From an uncultured Acidobacteriota bacterium (GTDB lineage Bacteria; Acidobacteriota; Thermoanaerobaculia; Multivoradales; JAHEKO01), in NCBI GenBank assembly GCA_963719055.1, contig CAVRAU010000024.1, positions 75,604 to 139,603 on the forward strand: 64,000 nt of DNA, read 5' to 3'. The position numbers were made by a program, and so were the translations under genes. Shown one piece after another: positions 1 to 10,826 of this stretch. Position 1 is the stretch's first letter; each line of letters opens with the position of its first letter. The notes under the pieces are model-generated. The model did not search any database. It saw nothing but the letters and a program-made list of their open reading frames with translations, and was not told where the DNA came from.

Positions 1-1761
1 ATCTCCGCTTGGTGCTTTTCGGTCACCACCTTGCGCTTGACCTTCAGAGTCGGCGTCAGCTCGCCACCCTCGATCGTGAAGTCCCGCGGCAGAATGCTGG
101 AACCTCTTGATGCTCTCGTAGGACGCCAATTGCTTGTTGCGCTCCGCCACCTCGGCTTCGATCAGCTCACGGACCCTGGGATCAGCCGCCAGCGCTTCGA
201 GGTCCTCTGTCTCCATGCCCTTCTCGACGGCCCAGTGGGAGATGGCATCCGGATCGAGTGTCACCAGCGCCGAGATGTACTTCCTGCGGTCGCCGATGGC
301 CACCACCTGGCCGATGTACTGCGAGGTGCGCATGATCTGCTCGATTCGTTGCGGTGCCACATTCTTGCCACCTGCGGTGACGATCAGATCCTTCTTGCGA
401 TCAGTGATTCTCAAGAATCCCTCATCATCGATCTCGCCGATATCGCCGGTGAGAAGCCAGCCGTCGTCGTCGATCGTCTCGGCGGTCGCCTCTTCGTTCT
501 TGAAGTAACCCTTCATGACGTTGCCACCCCGGATCAGGACCTCGCCGTCGTCGGCGATGCGAGCCTCGACGCCGGGGCCTGGCTGTCCGACGGTGCCAAA
601 CTTGTTGTGGTCACGCCGGTTGACGTGCGAAAAGGATGTGTTCTCGGTCATGCCGATACCTTCGAGGATATTCACCCCGCAGGCGTGGAAGAACTCACCG
701 ATGGCCTGGTTGAGCGGCGCGGCTCCCGAAATGGCCCATTCCAGCTGACCGCCCAGGGCGTCGCCGATCTTGTGCAGCACCAACTTGTGAGCGAGTTTGT
801 GTTGCATGGCGAGGACACCGGTAACCGGCTGATGGCTCAGCTGGCGCGCGCTGACCTTGCGTCCCACACCCACTGCCCAGTTGAAGAGGACCTTCTTGAT
901 CCCGCCGGCCTCTTCCGCCCCCACGAGAATCTTCTCGTAGGCCTTCTCATAGAGCCGCGGCACGCTGGCCATGAACTGCGGTCGAATCTCCTTGAGGTTC
1001 TGGGGCACGGTGGTGAAGTCCTCGGCAAAGGCCATGGGTGCTGGATAGCGCAAGCACGTGTAGGCGATCAGTCGGGCGAAAACGTGGGCTAGCGGTAAGA
1101 ACATCAACGTCTTGTAGTGGGGCATCAGGTCCAGACAATCGATCACCGACTGACTGGTAAAGAGCAGATTGCCGTTGGTGATCATGGCGCCCTTGGGTAC
1201 ACCGGTCGTCCCCGACGTGTAGACGATGGATGCCATATCGTCCGGGCCTATTTCATCGCCTCGCTGGGCGGCCTGCTCATCAGAGATGTCCGCGCCCTTG
1301 TCGAGGAAGTCCTCCCAGCCGAGCACCTTGTTGGCCGGGTCGGAGTTGCCATCGAAGATGACGATCTGGCGAAGCTTGGCAAGGTCCGCGCGAACCTCCA
1401 GGATCTTGTCCAGCTGATCCTGATCCTCGAGGAAGATCAACTCGGCATCGCTGTGATTGACGATGTAGGCACAATCCGAGGCCAGGCTCGAGTGATAGAT
1501 ACCGACCGTCACCGCGCCGCAACCGACGATTCCATAGTCGCAGAGTGACCATTCGAGGCGCGTGCCACTCAAGATGCAAACCCTGTCCCCTTTGGCAATA
1601 CCCATCGCGATGAGGGCTTTCGAAACCCGGGTCACCGATTCCCGGGCCTCTGTCCAGGTGACATCGAACCAGTTGCCGCCCTTCTTGTATTGAAAGGCCA
1701 ACTTGGAACCGTTGACGGTCGTTACTTCCTGGAAAAGCTGGTAGATGGACTGGTGGTCCAT
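1..1761 (-). CDS. fadD: Long-chain fatty acid-CoA ligase (AMP-dependent synthetase); 3' end runs off the window
   Basis: Manual translation from the ATG at 1761 (RBS GGAGG): [10 protein letters not shown]..., adenylate motif [14 protein letters not shown]-terminal [12 protein letters not shown]. One apparent indel near position 100. Absent from the ORF track because no stop lies in the window. Confidence 0.9.
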   Translation of the reverse strand, partial: MDHQSIYQLFQEVTTVNGSKLAFQYKKGGNWFDVTWTEARESVTRVSKALIAMGIAKGDRVCILSGTRLEWSLCDYGIVGCGAVTVGIYHSSLASDCAYIVNHSDAELIFLEDQDQLDKILEVRADLAKLRQIVIFDGNSDPANKVLGWEDFLDKGADISDEQAAQRGDEIGPDDMASIVYTSGTTGVPKGAMITNGNLLFTSQSVIDCLDLMPHYKTLMFLPLAHVFARLIAYTCLRYPAPMAFAEDFTTVPQNLKEIRPQFMASVPRLYEKAYEKILVGAEEAGGIKKVLFNWAVGVGRKVSARQLSHQPVTGVLAMQHKLAHKLVLHKIGDALGGQLEWAISGAAPLNQAIGEFFHACGVNILEGIGMTENTSFSHVNRRDHNKFGTVGQPGPGVEARIADDGEVLIRGGNVMKGYFKNEEATAETIDDDGWLLTGDIGEIDDEGFLRITDRKKDLIVTAGGKNVAPQRIEQIMRTSQYIGQVVAIGDRRKYISALVTLDPDAISHWAVEKGMETEDLEALAADPRVRELIEAEVAERNKQLASYESIKRFQHSAAGLHDRGWRADADSEGQAQGGDRKAPSGD

Positions 1762-1824
1762 GATTCCTCCTCCCCCCTTTGTTAGAAACCGGGGCCACTC
1801 AATGGTTCAGGCCGCCTCGCGGCA

Positions 1825-1842
1825 ATCGGTACCCATACCGAT
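1825..1842. promoter_or_regulatory. Perfect palindrome ATCGGTA-CCCA-TACCGAT; candidate transcription-factor operator
   Basis: 7-bp inverted repeat in the divergent intergenic region between fadD and the kinase gene. Confidence 0.35.
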
Positions 1843-1961
1843 AGCAACAAGCGGCAAAACTGGCAACACCCAAACGGGTAGCCATGAGTTTACTCCCTCC
1901 AGAGCCAGATCGCCGACTCATCAGGCCATTCTTCTTTCTGCTATCCTTCGGCCCGCCAATC

Positions 1962-4624
1962 ATGACACTTGAAAACGGGTCGAAACTGGGTCCTTACGAG
2001 ATCCTCGGCACTCTGGGTGCCGGCGGGATGGGTGAGGTCTACGAGGCGCAGGACACTCGCCTCGATCGAACAGTCGCTATCAAGGTCCTGCCGGCACACC
2101 TTTCGGAATCAGAGGAGATCAAGCAGCGCTTCGATCGCGAAGCCAAGGTCATCTCTTCCCTATCGCACCCCAACATCTGCACTTTGTTCGACGTCGGCCA
2201 CGATGATGGCGTCGACTATCTGGTCATGGAGCACCTGGAAGGTGAGTCTCTCCAGGAGCGCCTCGAGCAGGGCCCCTTGCCCATGGATCAAGTGCTTTCC
2301 ATGGGAATCCAGATCGCCGACGCCCTGGACCAGGCCCACAAGAACGGTGTCGTCCACCGAGATCTCAAACCCGGCAACATCATGCTGACCGGCGGCACGA
2401 TCAAGCTCCTAGACTTCGGTCTAGCCAAGTATCAGATGCCTGAGAGCGAGGTGTCGAGCGCCAGTTTCTCGCGCCTGCTGACTGAAACCCCGGCGAGCGC
2501 ACCCCTGACCGTCGAAGGCACCATTCTGGGCACTTTCCAGTACATGTCGCCCGAGCAGATCGAGGGCAAGGAGGCCGACGCGCGCAGCGACCTCTTCGCG
2601 TTGGGTGCGGTGCTCTTCGAGATGGCCACCGGCAAAAAGGCCTTCGCCGGCAAGACTCAAGCGAGTCTCATCGGCTCGATCATGCACTCGGCTCCAGAGG
2701 ATGTGTCGCAAGTGGTGCCGCTGGCTCCACCTGCCTTCGACCGGGTCATTCAGACATGTCTCGCGAAAGAGCCCGATGAACGGTGGTCCAACGCTCACGA
2801 TTTGAAGCTGCAGCTCCAGTGGCTCGCCGAAGGCGGCTCACAGGTCGGTATCCCGGCGCCGGTGTCCGCACGGCGCAAGAACCGCGAACGATTGGCATGG
2901 GCAGTGGCAGCTCTGGCGATCGTCACCGCCGCTGCCTTTGCTGTGCTGTGGACCCAGCGAGCACCAGAGTCGCCACAGGTCGTGCGGTTCGAGGTGGGTT
3001 ATCCCGAAGGGCTGCCGATCATCGACTCGCCCAAACTGTCGCCCGATGGTCGCTACCTGGCTTTCAACGCCACCGACGAGCAGGGTACGAGCCAGATCTG
3101 GATTCGCCCGCATGAACGGCTCGCAGCTCAGCCTCTACCGGGCACCGAGGGGACGACCCGACCGTTCTGGTCACCGGACAGCCAGCACCTGGGCTTCTTC
3201 GCCGGCGGCAAGCTCAAGAAGATCGCGGTCGGTGGCGGACCGGCTCAGACGATCTGCGACGCCCCGACCGGAGCCGACGGCACCTGGGGCGAAGGTGGAG
3301 TCATCCTCTACGACGGCACGGGTACTGATCCGATTCGTCGCGTCTCTGCTGGAGGCGGAATCCCCACTGCGGAAATCGAGCCCCACGAGGAACAGGGTGA
3401 CCTGCAAGTGGGTTGGCCCCAGTTCCTGCCGGGAGGCGACAAGTTCCTCTGGGTCAGCTTCGAGGGCGCTGAGCCGGCCGTGAAGCTCTCGATCACTGGG
3501 TGGCGGCGAGGCCATTACGGTGCTTGCCAGGCCAGTCCCGGGTCGAATACGCCCCGCCGGGATATCTGCTCTACGTTCGCGAGAACACCCTGGTGGCGCA
3601 GCCCTTCGACGCCGAGGCTGGCGAGATCAGCGGGAGAGCCGGTGCCGCTGGCCGAGGATCTGGGGATCGACTCGGTCGGGTTGGCCCACTTCTCCGCCTC
3701 GCACAATGGTGTTCTCGCCTATCGCGGTGGCGAGGCCGGTGGAGGCCAGCTCAGGTGGGCCGATCTCGAGGGCGAGATTCTGGGGATGGAGGGCGATCCG
3801 GGAGAGCCTCATGGTATCGAGCCTGTCTCGCGACGGTCGCTGGCTGGCCATGGCAACGCGGGCAGGCTCGATGGAGTCCGACGACATCTGGATCCGCGAT
3901 CTGGTCCGCGGCGTCACCTCCCGATTCACCTTCACAGACGAAGACGAGAGCAATCCCAAATGGGATCCCGACGGTAGCCGGATCGCCTACTCATCCACCA
4001 CACGAGGGCATCGACAACATGTTCGTCAAGACGATCGGCGGAACCGGAGAGCCGGAGCTGCTCATGGCCAGCGAACACGCTCTGTACGCCTGCTGATTGG
4101 TCGTCCGACGGTCGCTATCTGCTGTACTACAACAGAGATCCGGAGAACGGCTGGGACCTCTGGTATCTCGACATGGACTCGCCGCAGAGTGAAGGCACGC
4201 CGTTCCTCAAGTCCCAATTCGCCGAGGTCAGGGCACGCTTCTCGCCGAACGGGCGTTGGGTGGCCTATCAGTCCAACGAGTCGGGCGGGCAGAGATCTAT
4301 GTGCAGCCCTTTCCAGGACCAGGTGGAAAGTGGCAGATCTCGACAGAAGGCGGCACTGAGCCGCAGTGGCACCCCGATGGCTCGGCGCTCTACTACGTGG
4401 CTCCAGACACCAACATGATGCGGGTGGATGTGGAGACCGGAGAGAACTTCGAAGCGGGCATCCCCGAGCCCATCTTCCAGGTCAACCTCCGCCCCATCAC
4501 CCAGGACAGCCGCTATTGGCTCGCACCCGACGGCGAGCGGTTTCTCATGCTCGGCTCTCTGCAGGGCGAATCCACACCGCCCACCACGGTCGTTCTCAAC
4601 TGGGCTGCCGAACAGGGTCAGTAA
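1962..4624 (+). CDS. Hanks-type Ser/Thr protein kinase fused to a TM segment and TolB/PD40-like beta-propeller (frameshifted)
   Basis: LGAGGMGEVY, VAIK, HRDLKPGN, DFG and YMSPE motifs; TM segment LAWAVAALAIV...; SPDGR/WSPDS repeats. The C-terminal half is spread over ORFs 3500-4096, 3520-4359, 4173-4418 and 4256-4624. Confidence 0.9.
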
Positions 4625-4699
4625 CCCGACGAGCCTGAGACAGGCGACCGGCTCGAGACCTGAAGGAGCCTCCCGTTCGCTGGCGCCTCAGACCGACGG

Positions 4700-4900
4700 C
4701 TACAAGACGACCGACTCCTGATTGCGCAGCCGGGGTCGGACCCGGACTCCGGAACTGGGTCGCAAGGTGATACCCGGCACAGGCACGATGGTCTGACCCG
4801 GGACCAGTTCGAACCGGAATCTCTGGTACAGGACAGCCAGGACCAAGAGGCACTCCAGCCGAGCCAGAGGCTCGCCGATACATTGCCGCGGTGCCCGATC
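4700..4900 (-). pseudogene. Cytochrome P450 C-terminal fragment
   Basis: PRQCIGEPLARLECLLVLAVLYQRFRFELVPGQTIVPVPGITLRP matches the P450 heme-Cys loop, L-helix and terminal ITLRP. The rest of the gene is absent. Confidence 0.75.
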
Positions 4901-5029
4901 CTGCAGGCGGTAAGCATCTTCGCAGTGCACGACCTCGACATGATGTCGCCGTCGCACCAACCCCCGCGCCAACTACCGCACGAAGATCGCATCCCCACCG
5001 AAGTGGTAGGGAGGATAGAAGGTCGTGAC
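4901..5029 (-). pseudogene. Glycosyltransferase family 4 N-terminal fragment
   Basis: VTTFYPPYHFGGDAIFVR*LARGLVRRRHHVEVVHCEDAYRLQ, a typical GT4 N-terminus with an in-frame TAG at 4973-4975 and no start codon. Confidence 0.7.
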
Positions 5030-5135
5030 TGTAGAGGCCGGCCTCTGTGCCGGCCTTTCGTTCCCTCAGTTCTGCGACGTTCAGTATCGCTGCGATGTTC
5101 AGCCGTGGCTGTAGTGGCCGGCCTCTGTGCCGCCT
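5029..5135 (+). repeat. Two tandem GTAG-type REP hairpins upstream of RAYT
   Basis: REP1 CT-GTAG-AGGCCGGC-CTCTGT-GCCGGCCT (5029-5056, perfect 8-bp stem). REP2 CT-GTAG-TGGCCGGC-CTCTGT-GCCGCCT (5109-5135). Confidence 0.85.
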
Positions 5136-5185
5136 GCCGCAATTTCAATGCGAGATTCTTGGCTCGAATTTCGTCCTTCAGGAAC

Positions 5186-5635
5186 ATGAAACGTCGACAT
5201 GGCCTTCTAACCATCCGCCGCAAACATCGCTTATCGCCGAATTCCTATCCGACAGGATTGCCGGTCCACGTCACCATCTGTGCCCACCAGGCGAGGCCGG
5301 TCTTTCGAGACGTGCGCTTGGCTGCGCCCATCTTCTCGATCGTCGCGGATCACTCGCAGACCGTTGCTTGCTGTCTCATGCCCGATCATCTTCACTGGTT
5401 GATCGCCGATGCAGAGTCGATGGGAGACCTGGTGCGTAGCTTCAAGTCGTATACGACCTACGCTGCCCGAACTCTCGGTCACGGGGAAAAACTCTGGCAG
5501 AGATCATACTGGGATCATGTCTTGAGACGGGAAGAGGATGTAGGGGAAATCGCCGAATACATCATTCACAATCCGGTTCGGGGAGGCATCGTCTCTGAAG
5601 CTGGCGAGTATCCCTATCAAATTGTCAAGCTCTGA
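5186..5635 (+). mobile_element. rayT: REP-associated tyrosine transposase (RAYT / TnpA-REP, Y1 HUH family)
   Basis: RRKHRL..Y, HVTIC, HUH motif MPDHLH, WQRSYWDHVLR, catalytic Tyr in YIIHNPVR, YPY. 149 aa, uninterrupted, flanked by REPs. Confidence 0.9.
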
Positions 5636-5664
5636 TTCACGACAGCCGCGATATGAAGAGTCAT

Positions 5665-5704
5665 GCCGGCACAGAGGCCCACCACCCGAGGCCGGCACAG
5701 AGGC
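5665..5704 (-). repeat. Two partial REP copies (3' halves) downstream of RAYT, inverted relative to the upstream REPs
   Basis: Minus strand GCCTCTGTGCCGGCCT (5704-5689) and GGCCTCTGTGCCGGC (5679-5665). Both lack the 5' GTAG half. Confidence 0.8.
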
Positions 5705-5720
5705 AACGAGATCTGGCACT

Positions 5721-7231
5721 TCAGACCCCGGGACTGGTGACGGAAGCGGAGCGCATGGGACGTGAGCCAGGCGAGACCCCCTGAAGCCGGGCACGGAACT
5801 TCAGATGCCTCCGACGGGACAGCTCCACCAGGGGTGACCACACGCGGTGGGTGAGATTGTGGCGGATCAAGAAAGCCCACAGACGATTACTGCGTTTGTA
5901 GAGATAGCTGCCAGCCAGATAGGAAGGGATCGCCCGTAGGTCCGTCGGCCGTCGTCGCCAGATCGAACGGTGCGAGAAGAGCCTCCGGTAGCAGCTCCTC
6001 GTAGCCCTTCTCCAGCTCTTCGACACTCATCCGGCGGGGCCGGAAGACCACGTGCGAGGTGTCGTAGAGATTCCAATCGCGATGCAGAATCCGACCCTCG
6101 GACTCGAGTTGGCGAAAGAGCGGTGTTCCGGGGTACGGCGTCAGAATGTGAAACGTGGCGCACTCGAGCCGAGTCTCCTCGATCCACTTCTGCGTGATCT
6201 CGAAGATCTCGGGGCCATCGTGATCGAATCCCAGCACGAAGCTGCCGTTCACCTGGATCCCGTTATCGTGAAAAATGCGCACCCGCCGAGCGTAGTCGTC
6301 CGGCATGGGGGTCCGCTTGCGAGCCGCCACCAGGTTGCGATCAACCAGGGACTCGAAACCGACAAAGACTCCGGTGCATCCCGACAGGGCCATTCTGTGA
6401 ACCAGGTCGGCATCGTTGGTGACATCGATGGTGACGGCAGCGCTCCAGATGATCTCCAAGGGCTCCAACGCGTCGCACAGAAGACGGAGATACTCGGGAC
6501 GTGACCCCAGGTTGTTGTCTAGGAAGACCGCATAGGGCTCGCCGGTTGCACGGATCTCGTCGGCGACGTCCTCTGCATCCTTCATCTGATACGGCATCTT
6601 CAACCCATCGGTGGACAGATAGCAGAAGCCGCACCGGTTGTGACAACCCCGGGTAGCGATCACGCTGGCCGTGGTCAGGAAGGAGTCGCCGGGGACCAGC
6701 TCACGCTGCGGCGCGGGAGTCTCACGGTACGGGCTCCGGTAGTCCGCGCGATAGACGGGCTGCAGGCACCCCCTCTCGACATCGGCGAGAATCCGCGGCC
6801 ACAGGACCGTACCGTCGCCGACGGCCATGGCGTCGGCATGGGGCGCCACTTCGTCCGGGCACGACTCCGTGTGGAGCCCTCCGAGAACGACCTTGGCTCC
6901 GCGACGTCGATAGTGGTCCGCCAACTCGTAGGCCCGCTCGGCAAACGTCAGATGAACCGTGATGCCCACGACTTCAGGAGTGGGATGGCCAGGAGGCGGC
7001 CCCTGAAGGAGGTTCTCGTCCCAAAGCTCGACTTCCCAGTTCGGAGGAGTCGATGCCGCCACACTGGTCAACGCCAGACTCGGTGTCAGCACGTGTTTGC
7101 CAAAGCTGCCGAAGGGATCCTTGGGATAAAACGGATTGATCAAGTAGAGCCCGACGGGGTTCGATCCCAGTCGATGAAAAGCGCTCCAATCGGGGCGCTC
7201 GACACATTGCAGAGGGTAGGTATTTGTTCAT
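5721..7231 (-). CDS. B12-binding domain radical SAM protein (frameshifted)
   Basis: CxxxCxxC motif in TRGCHNRCGFC, B12-binding-type N-terminus (WDEN...VVGITV...VVLGGLH), FHILTPYPGTPL. Joined from ORFs 6974-7255, 5887-7143 and 5721-6026 across two indels. Confidence 0.85.
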
Positions 7232-7240
7232 GGTGCCTGA

Positions 7241-7268
7241 TACTTTATGATACAAAGTAGTTTGTCAA
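7241..7268 (-). promoter_or_regulatory. Putative sigma70 promoter of the radical SAM gene, overlapped by an operator-like palindrome
   Basis: TTGACA (7268-7263) and TAAAGT (7247-7242), with a short 15-nt spacer. Inverted repeat TACTTT-N7-AAAGTA at 7241-7259. Confidence 0.45.
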
Positions 7269-7321
7269 GCAGACATAGCGACAAGGCAATGGAGCCTCCG
7301 CTCATCCATGTCCGCAATGAT

Positions 7322-7392
7322 GAGAAGGCCGGCCACTACAGACTGGCCATCGGTACTCGCAGCACGACGAGAAGGCCGGCACGGAGGCCGAG
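7322..7392 (-). repeat. Two partial REP copies beyond the radical SAM gene
   Basis: CTGTAGTGGCCGGCCT (7341-7326) is identical to REP2 5109-5124. CGGCCTCCGTGCCGGCCT (7390-7373) matches REP1 5039-5056 at 17/18 positions. Confidence 0.85.
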
Positions 7393-7415
7393 ACCGACAT
7401 ACAGGTGGGCAGCGA

Positions 7416-10400
7416 TCAATCGGGGACTCCGCGGCCAGGAGTCCAGGGGACTCCGGCGGCGTCGAGCTTCTCTTCGAAGGCCGGCAGGTCCACCTCCACC
7501 AGCTGTGCCAGATCCGTCTTGACCTCTGCCAACTCCTCCTGGGCGATGGCCAAGGTCTGCTGATGGTTCGGGGTCGGCCCGTGGGTCGACAACATGTTGC
7601 CCATGGCTGCCGAGCTCAGCCGCCGGCCGATCGAGTGGGGTACGGGCTCCCCGAGCTCGTCCTGCTGCTCGTTGCCGTAGACCATGCTCGTCGCAGATCC
7701 ACGCAGACGACGCTCCAGCAGGCCCGCGCCTCGTCATCGAGGGAGTGTCCGAGAGGGCGGTCTGCACAAGAGCCTTCTTGATGAGCTGTCAACTGCTCGC
7801 CAGTCGTGTCGAGAATGTTGCCGCACCGCATCCACCTGGCGATTGACCTCGGCGATCTCACGGCTGAAGGCGACCATCTCCGCCGGCGAGGAACCGGGCA
7901 GGGTGCCCTCGAACATCCGCTTGACTTCGAAGCTCTGCGGCTCGCCGAGAGGAGTCACTTCCCCATCGATTCGCTTGGCCATGGCCACGGTGAATCTGAC
8001 CGGGCTCGACCAGAGGACCGCCACCGCCACGCCCGAAGTCCTCGCTCCTCCTCCAAGGAGGTCACGGCGTCGGTCTCGGGAAAGCGCAGATCCCAGGCCA
8101 CACGGTGGAAACCCTTGCCGGCTGGAGCGGTCAGACGTCGCACCACGTTGCCCGACAGCGTCGCTGATGGTGAAGAGAATGGCCGGCGCCTCTTCGCTGC
8201 GCCTCTTCCTGAATGACATCCCAGCCGGGATTGGGGGTATCTCCACCCTCTTCGGCCAGCTTCTTCTCGGCCTCCTGCCGCTCGGCCTTCTTCGTCTTGT
8301 AGCCCATCCTTCAGGTAGTAGGTGAAGACCGCGCCAAAGGGAGGGTTGGGAGCGACATAGAAATCCGCCCCCTGGGTCGCCTTGGTACCGCGGCCCAGGG
8401 GCCGCTTCTCGATGTACCACCAGGCATCGCGTACCGGAAACAGCGTGGCCTCCTCGTTCAGCATCTCCTCGGAGACCTGACGCAGCGGCGTGTAGTCGTC
8501 GAAGATGAAGAAGCTGCGCCCGAACGAGGCGCCCACCAGATCGTTCTCGCGCTTCTGGATCGCCAGATCCCGGAACGGGATGTTGGGCACGCCGCCGGTG
8601 AGCTTGACCCACTTCTGGCCGCCATCGACGGTGAAGAAGATGCCGAACTCGGTACCGACGAACAACAGTTCGGGTCGCTCGTGGTCCTGCACGATGCGCC
8701 AGACCAGATGCCGATCCGGCAGATCGCCGGCGATCGAGGTCCAGGTCTGTCCACGGTCGGTGCTCTTGACCAGATAGGGCTTGAAATCGCCGGTCTTGTC
8801 GTTGGAAAAGGCGGCGTAGACCGTGTCGGCATCGAAGAGATCGGCCTTGACGTCGTTGACGAAGGACTCGGCCGGCACCGAGGCGAAGCCGTCGATCCGT
8901 CGCCAGTTGGCGCCGTTGTCGTCGGTCACCTGGATCAGACCATCGTCGGTGCCCGCGTAGAGCAGTCCCTCCTGCACCGGCGACTCCGACAGCGACGTCA
9001 CGTTGGCGTACATGGACATGGCCCAGAGATCCCAGATGGCGTCCACCGACTGCACCCGGTCCATCATGGGCATGGTCAGCCGATCGCGACCGCGGGAGAG
9101 GTCGCCGCTGATGGCCGTCCAGCTGTCACCCCGGTCGTCACTGCGCCAGACCCGCTGGCTGGCGAAGTAGAGTCGCGCCGGATCGTGGGGGCTGATCAGG
9201 ATCGGACTGTCCCAGTTGAAGCGCTCGGCCGGCGCACCCTTCTCGGGCTGTGGCTGGATGTAGACCGCCTCGCCGGTCTTGCGGTCGTAGCGCGCCAGAT
9301 AGCCCTGCTGCGATTCCGAGTAGACGATGTCCGGATTCGAGTAGTCCACCGCCGGTTGATGACCGTCGCCACCGAGGGTGATGAACCAGTCGCTGTTGCG
9401 AATCCCGTTGACATTCAGGGTGCGCGAGGGCCCGCCCTGGGTGTTGTTGTCCTGGGTGCCGCCGTAGAGGTTGTAGAAGGGCTCGTCGTAGTCCACCGCC
9501 ACCTTGTAGAACTGCGTGATGGGCAGGTTGGTGATGAACTTCCAGGTCTTGCCCAGATCCCAGGATTCGTACAGACCGCCATCGGAACCCACCAGGAGAT
9601 AGTTCGGATCGTTCGGGTATGAAGGAGATGGCGTGGTTGTCGCCGTGCTTGTCCTGCTCGCCGACCATGGTGAAGGTCTTGCCGCCGTCCTCGCTCCAAT
9701 GGAGCCGGACATCCATCTGATAGATCCGGTCGAAGGCATGGGGACTGGCGTAGATCTCCTGGTAGTAGTGCGGTCCGGTGCCCCCGGAGAGGTAGTCGCT
9801 GCGCTTCTCCCAGCTGGCGCCGCCATCCGCTGAGCGATAGAAGCCTCCCTTGCGCCAGGCCAGCTCGATCGTGGCGTAGACCACGTCGGGGTTCTGGGGC
9901 GAGATCGCCAGACCGATGCGACCCATATCCTCCTCGGGCAGCCCGGTCTCCAGCTTGGTCCAGGTGGCACCACCATCGGTGGTCTTGTGGATCGCAGTCT
10001 CGGGGCCACCGTCGATCAGGGCCGCGACGGTGCGAAATCGCTGATGGGTCGCGGCATAGAGGACATCCGGGTTGCGCGGATCCATGACCATTTCGTTGAC
10101 ACCCGGTGTAGGGCCCGCCGGAAAGCATGTTCTCCCAGGTCTCACCGCCATCGGTGGTCTTGTAGAGACCCCGCTCACCGCCCTTCGACCACAGGGGACC
10201 CTGAGCGGCGACCCAGACCACGTTCGAGTCTCGCGGATCGACGAGAATCCTGCCGATGTGCTCGGATTCCTTCAAACCCATGTTCTTCCAGGTCTGCCCG
10301 CCATCGACGCTCTTGTACACGCCATCGCCGTATCCCACATGCCGGCCGCCGACGTTCTCGCCGGTACCCACCCAGACAACGTCGGGGTTGCTCGGGTCGA

Positions 10401-10725
10401 GGGTCACATCACCGAGGGAATAGGACCCCTGATCGTCGAAGATGGTCTCCCATGTCGTTCCCGCATTGGTCGTCTTCCAGAGATTGCCGCTACCCACAGC
10501 GACGTACCAGACCGACGCATCCTCAGGATGGACAGCGATATCGGCGATGCGGCCCGACATCAGAGCCGGCCCTATATTGCGAATTTCCAGGCCGGCAAAC
10601 GTCTCGGCTTTGAGCAGCGAACCGTCTTCTTCCGGCTCGCTGACAGCCTTTTTGGCACTGCTGGCAGAAGTGACGAGACAAATCGACAGAACGACGAAAC
10701 AAGACATCCAGCGCTTGATTTTCAT
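7416..10725 (-). CDS. Secreted BNR/Asp-box (VPS10/sortilin-like) glycosyl hydrolase-family protein (frameshifted)
   Basis: Signal peptide [12 protein letters not shown]..., [15 protein letters not shown], repeated S/TxDxGxTW Asp-boxes, C-terminal [10 protein letters not shown]. Spread over at least five ORFs. Confidence 0.85.
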
Positions 10726-10826
10726 GAATCCCCCCGGCAGAAAATGACGGCATCGAGACGACGCCGGATCGAACCCTAGCACAACCTGGTGGCCGAGATT
10801 CCGCGTTTTGCGGTAACTTGTAGGGC

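Noticed and set aside
5030-7340. Alternative model: a whole RAYT plus radical SAM transposon with TGTAG/CTACA ends and a GAC target duplication, inserted in the GT4 gene (right flank reads LRVPM)
   Set aside because: A 3-bp match is weak, rejoining leaves 4 extra bases, HUH enzymes do not normally make target duplications, and another REP remnant lies outside the boundary. Not excluded, but less well supported than the split-REP model.
5029-7392. REP cluster as a CRISPR array or an IS200/IS605 element
   Set aside because: Repeats are few, irregularly spaced and partly inverted; no cas genes or tnpB are present; the protein motifs fit RAYT.
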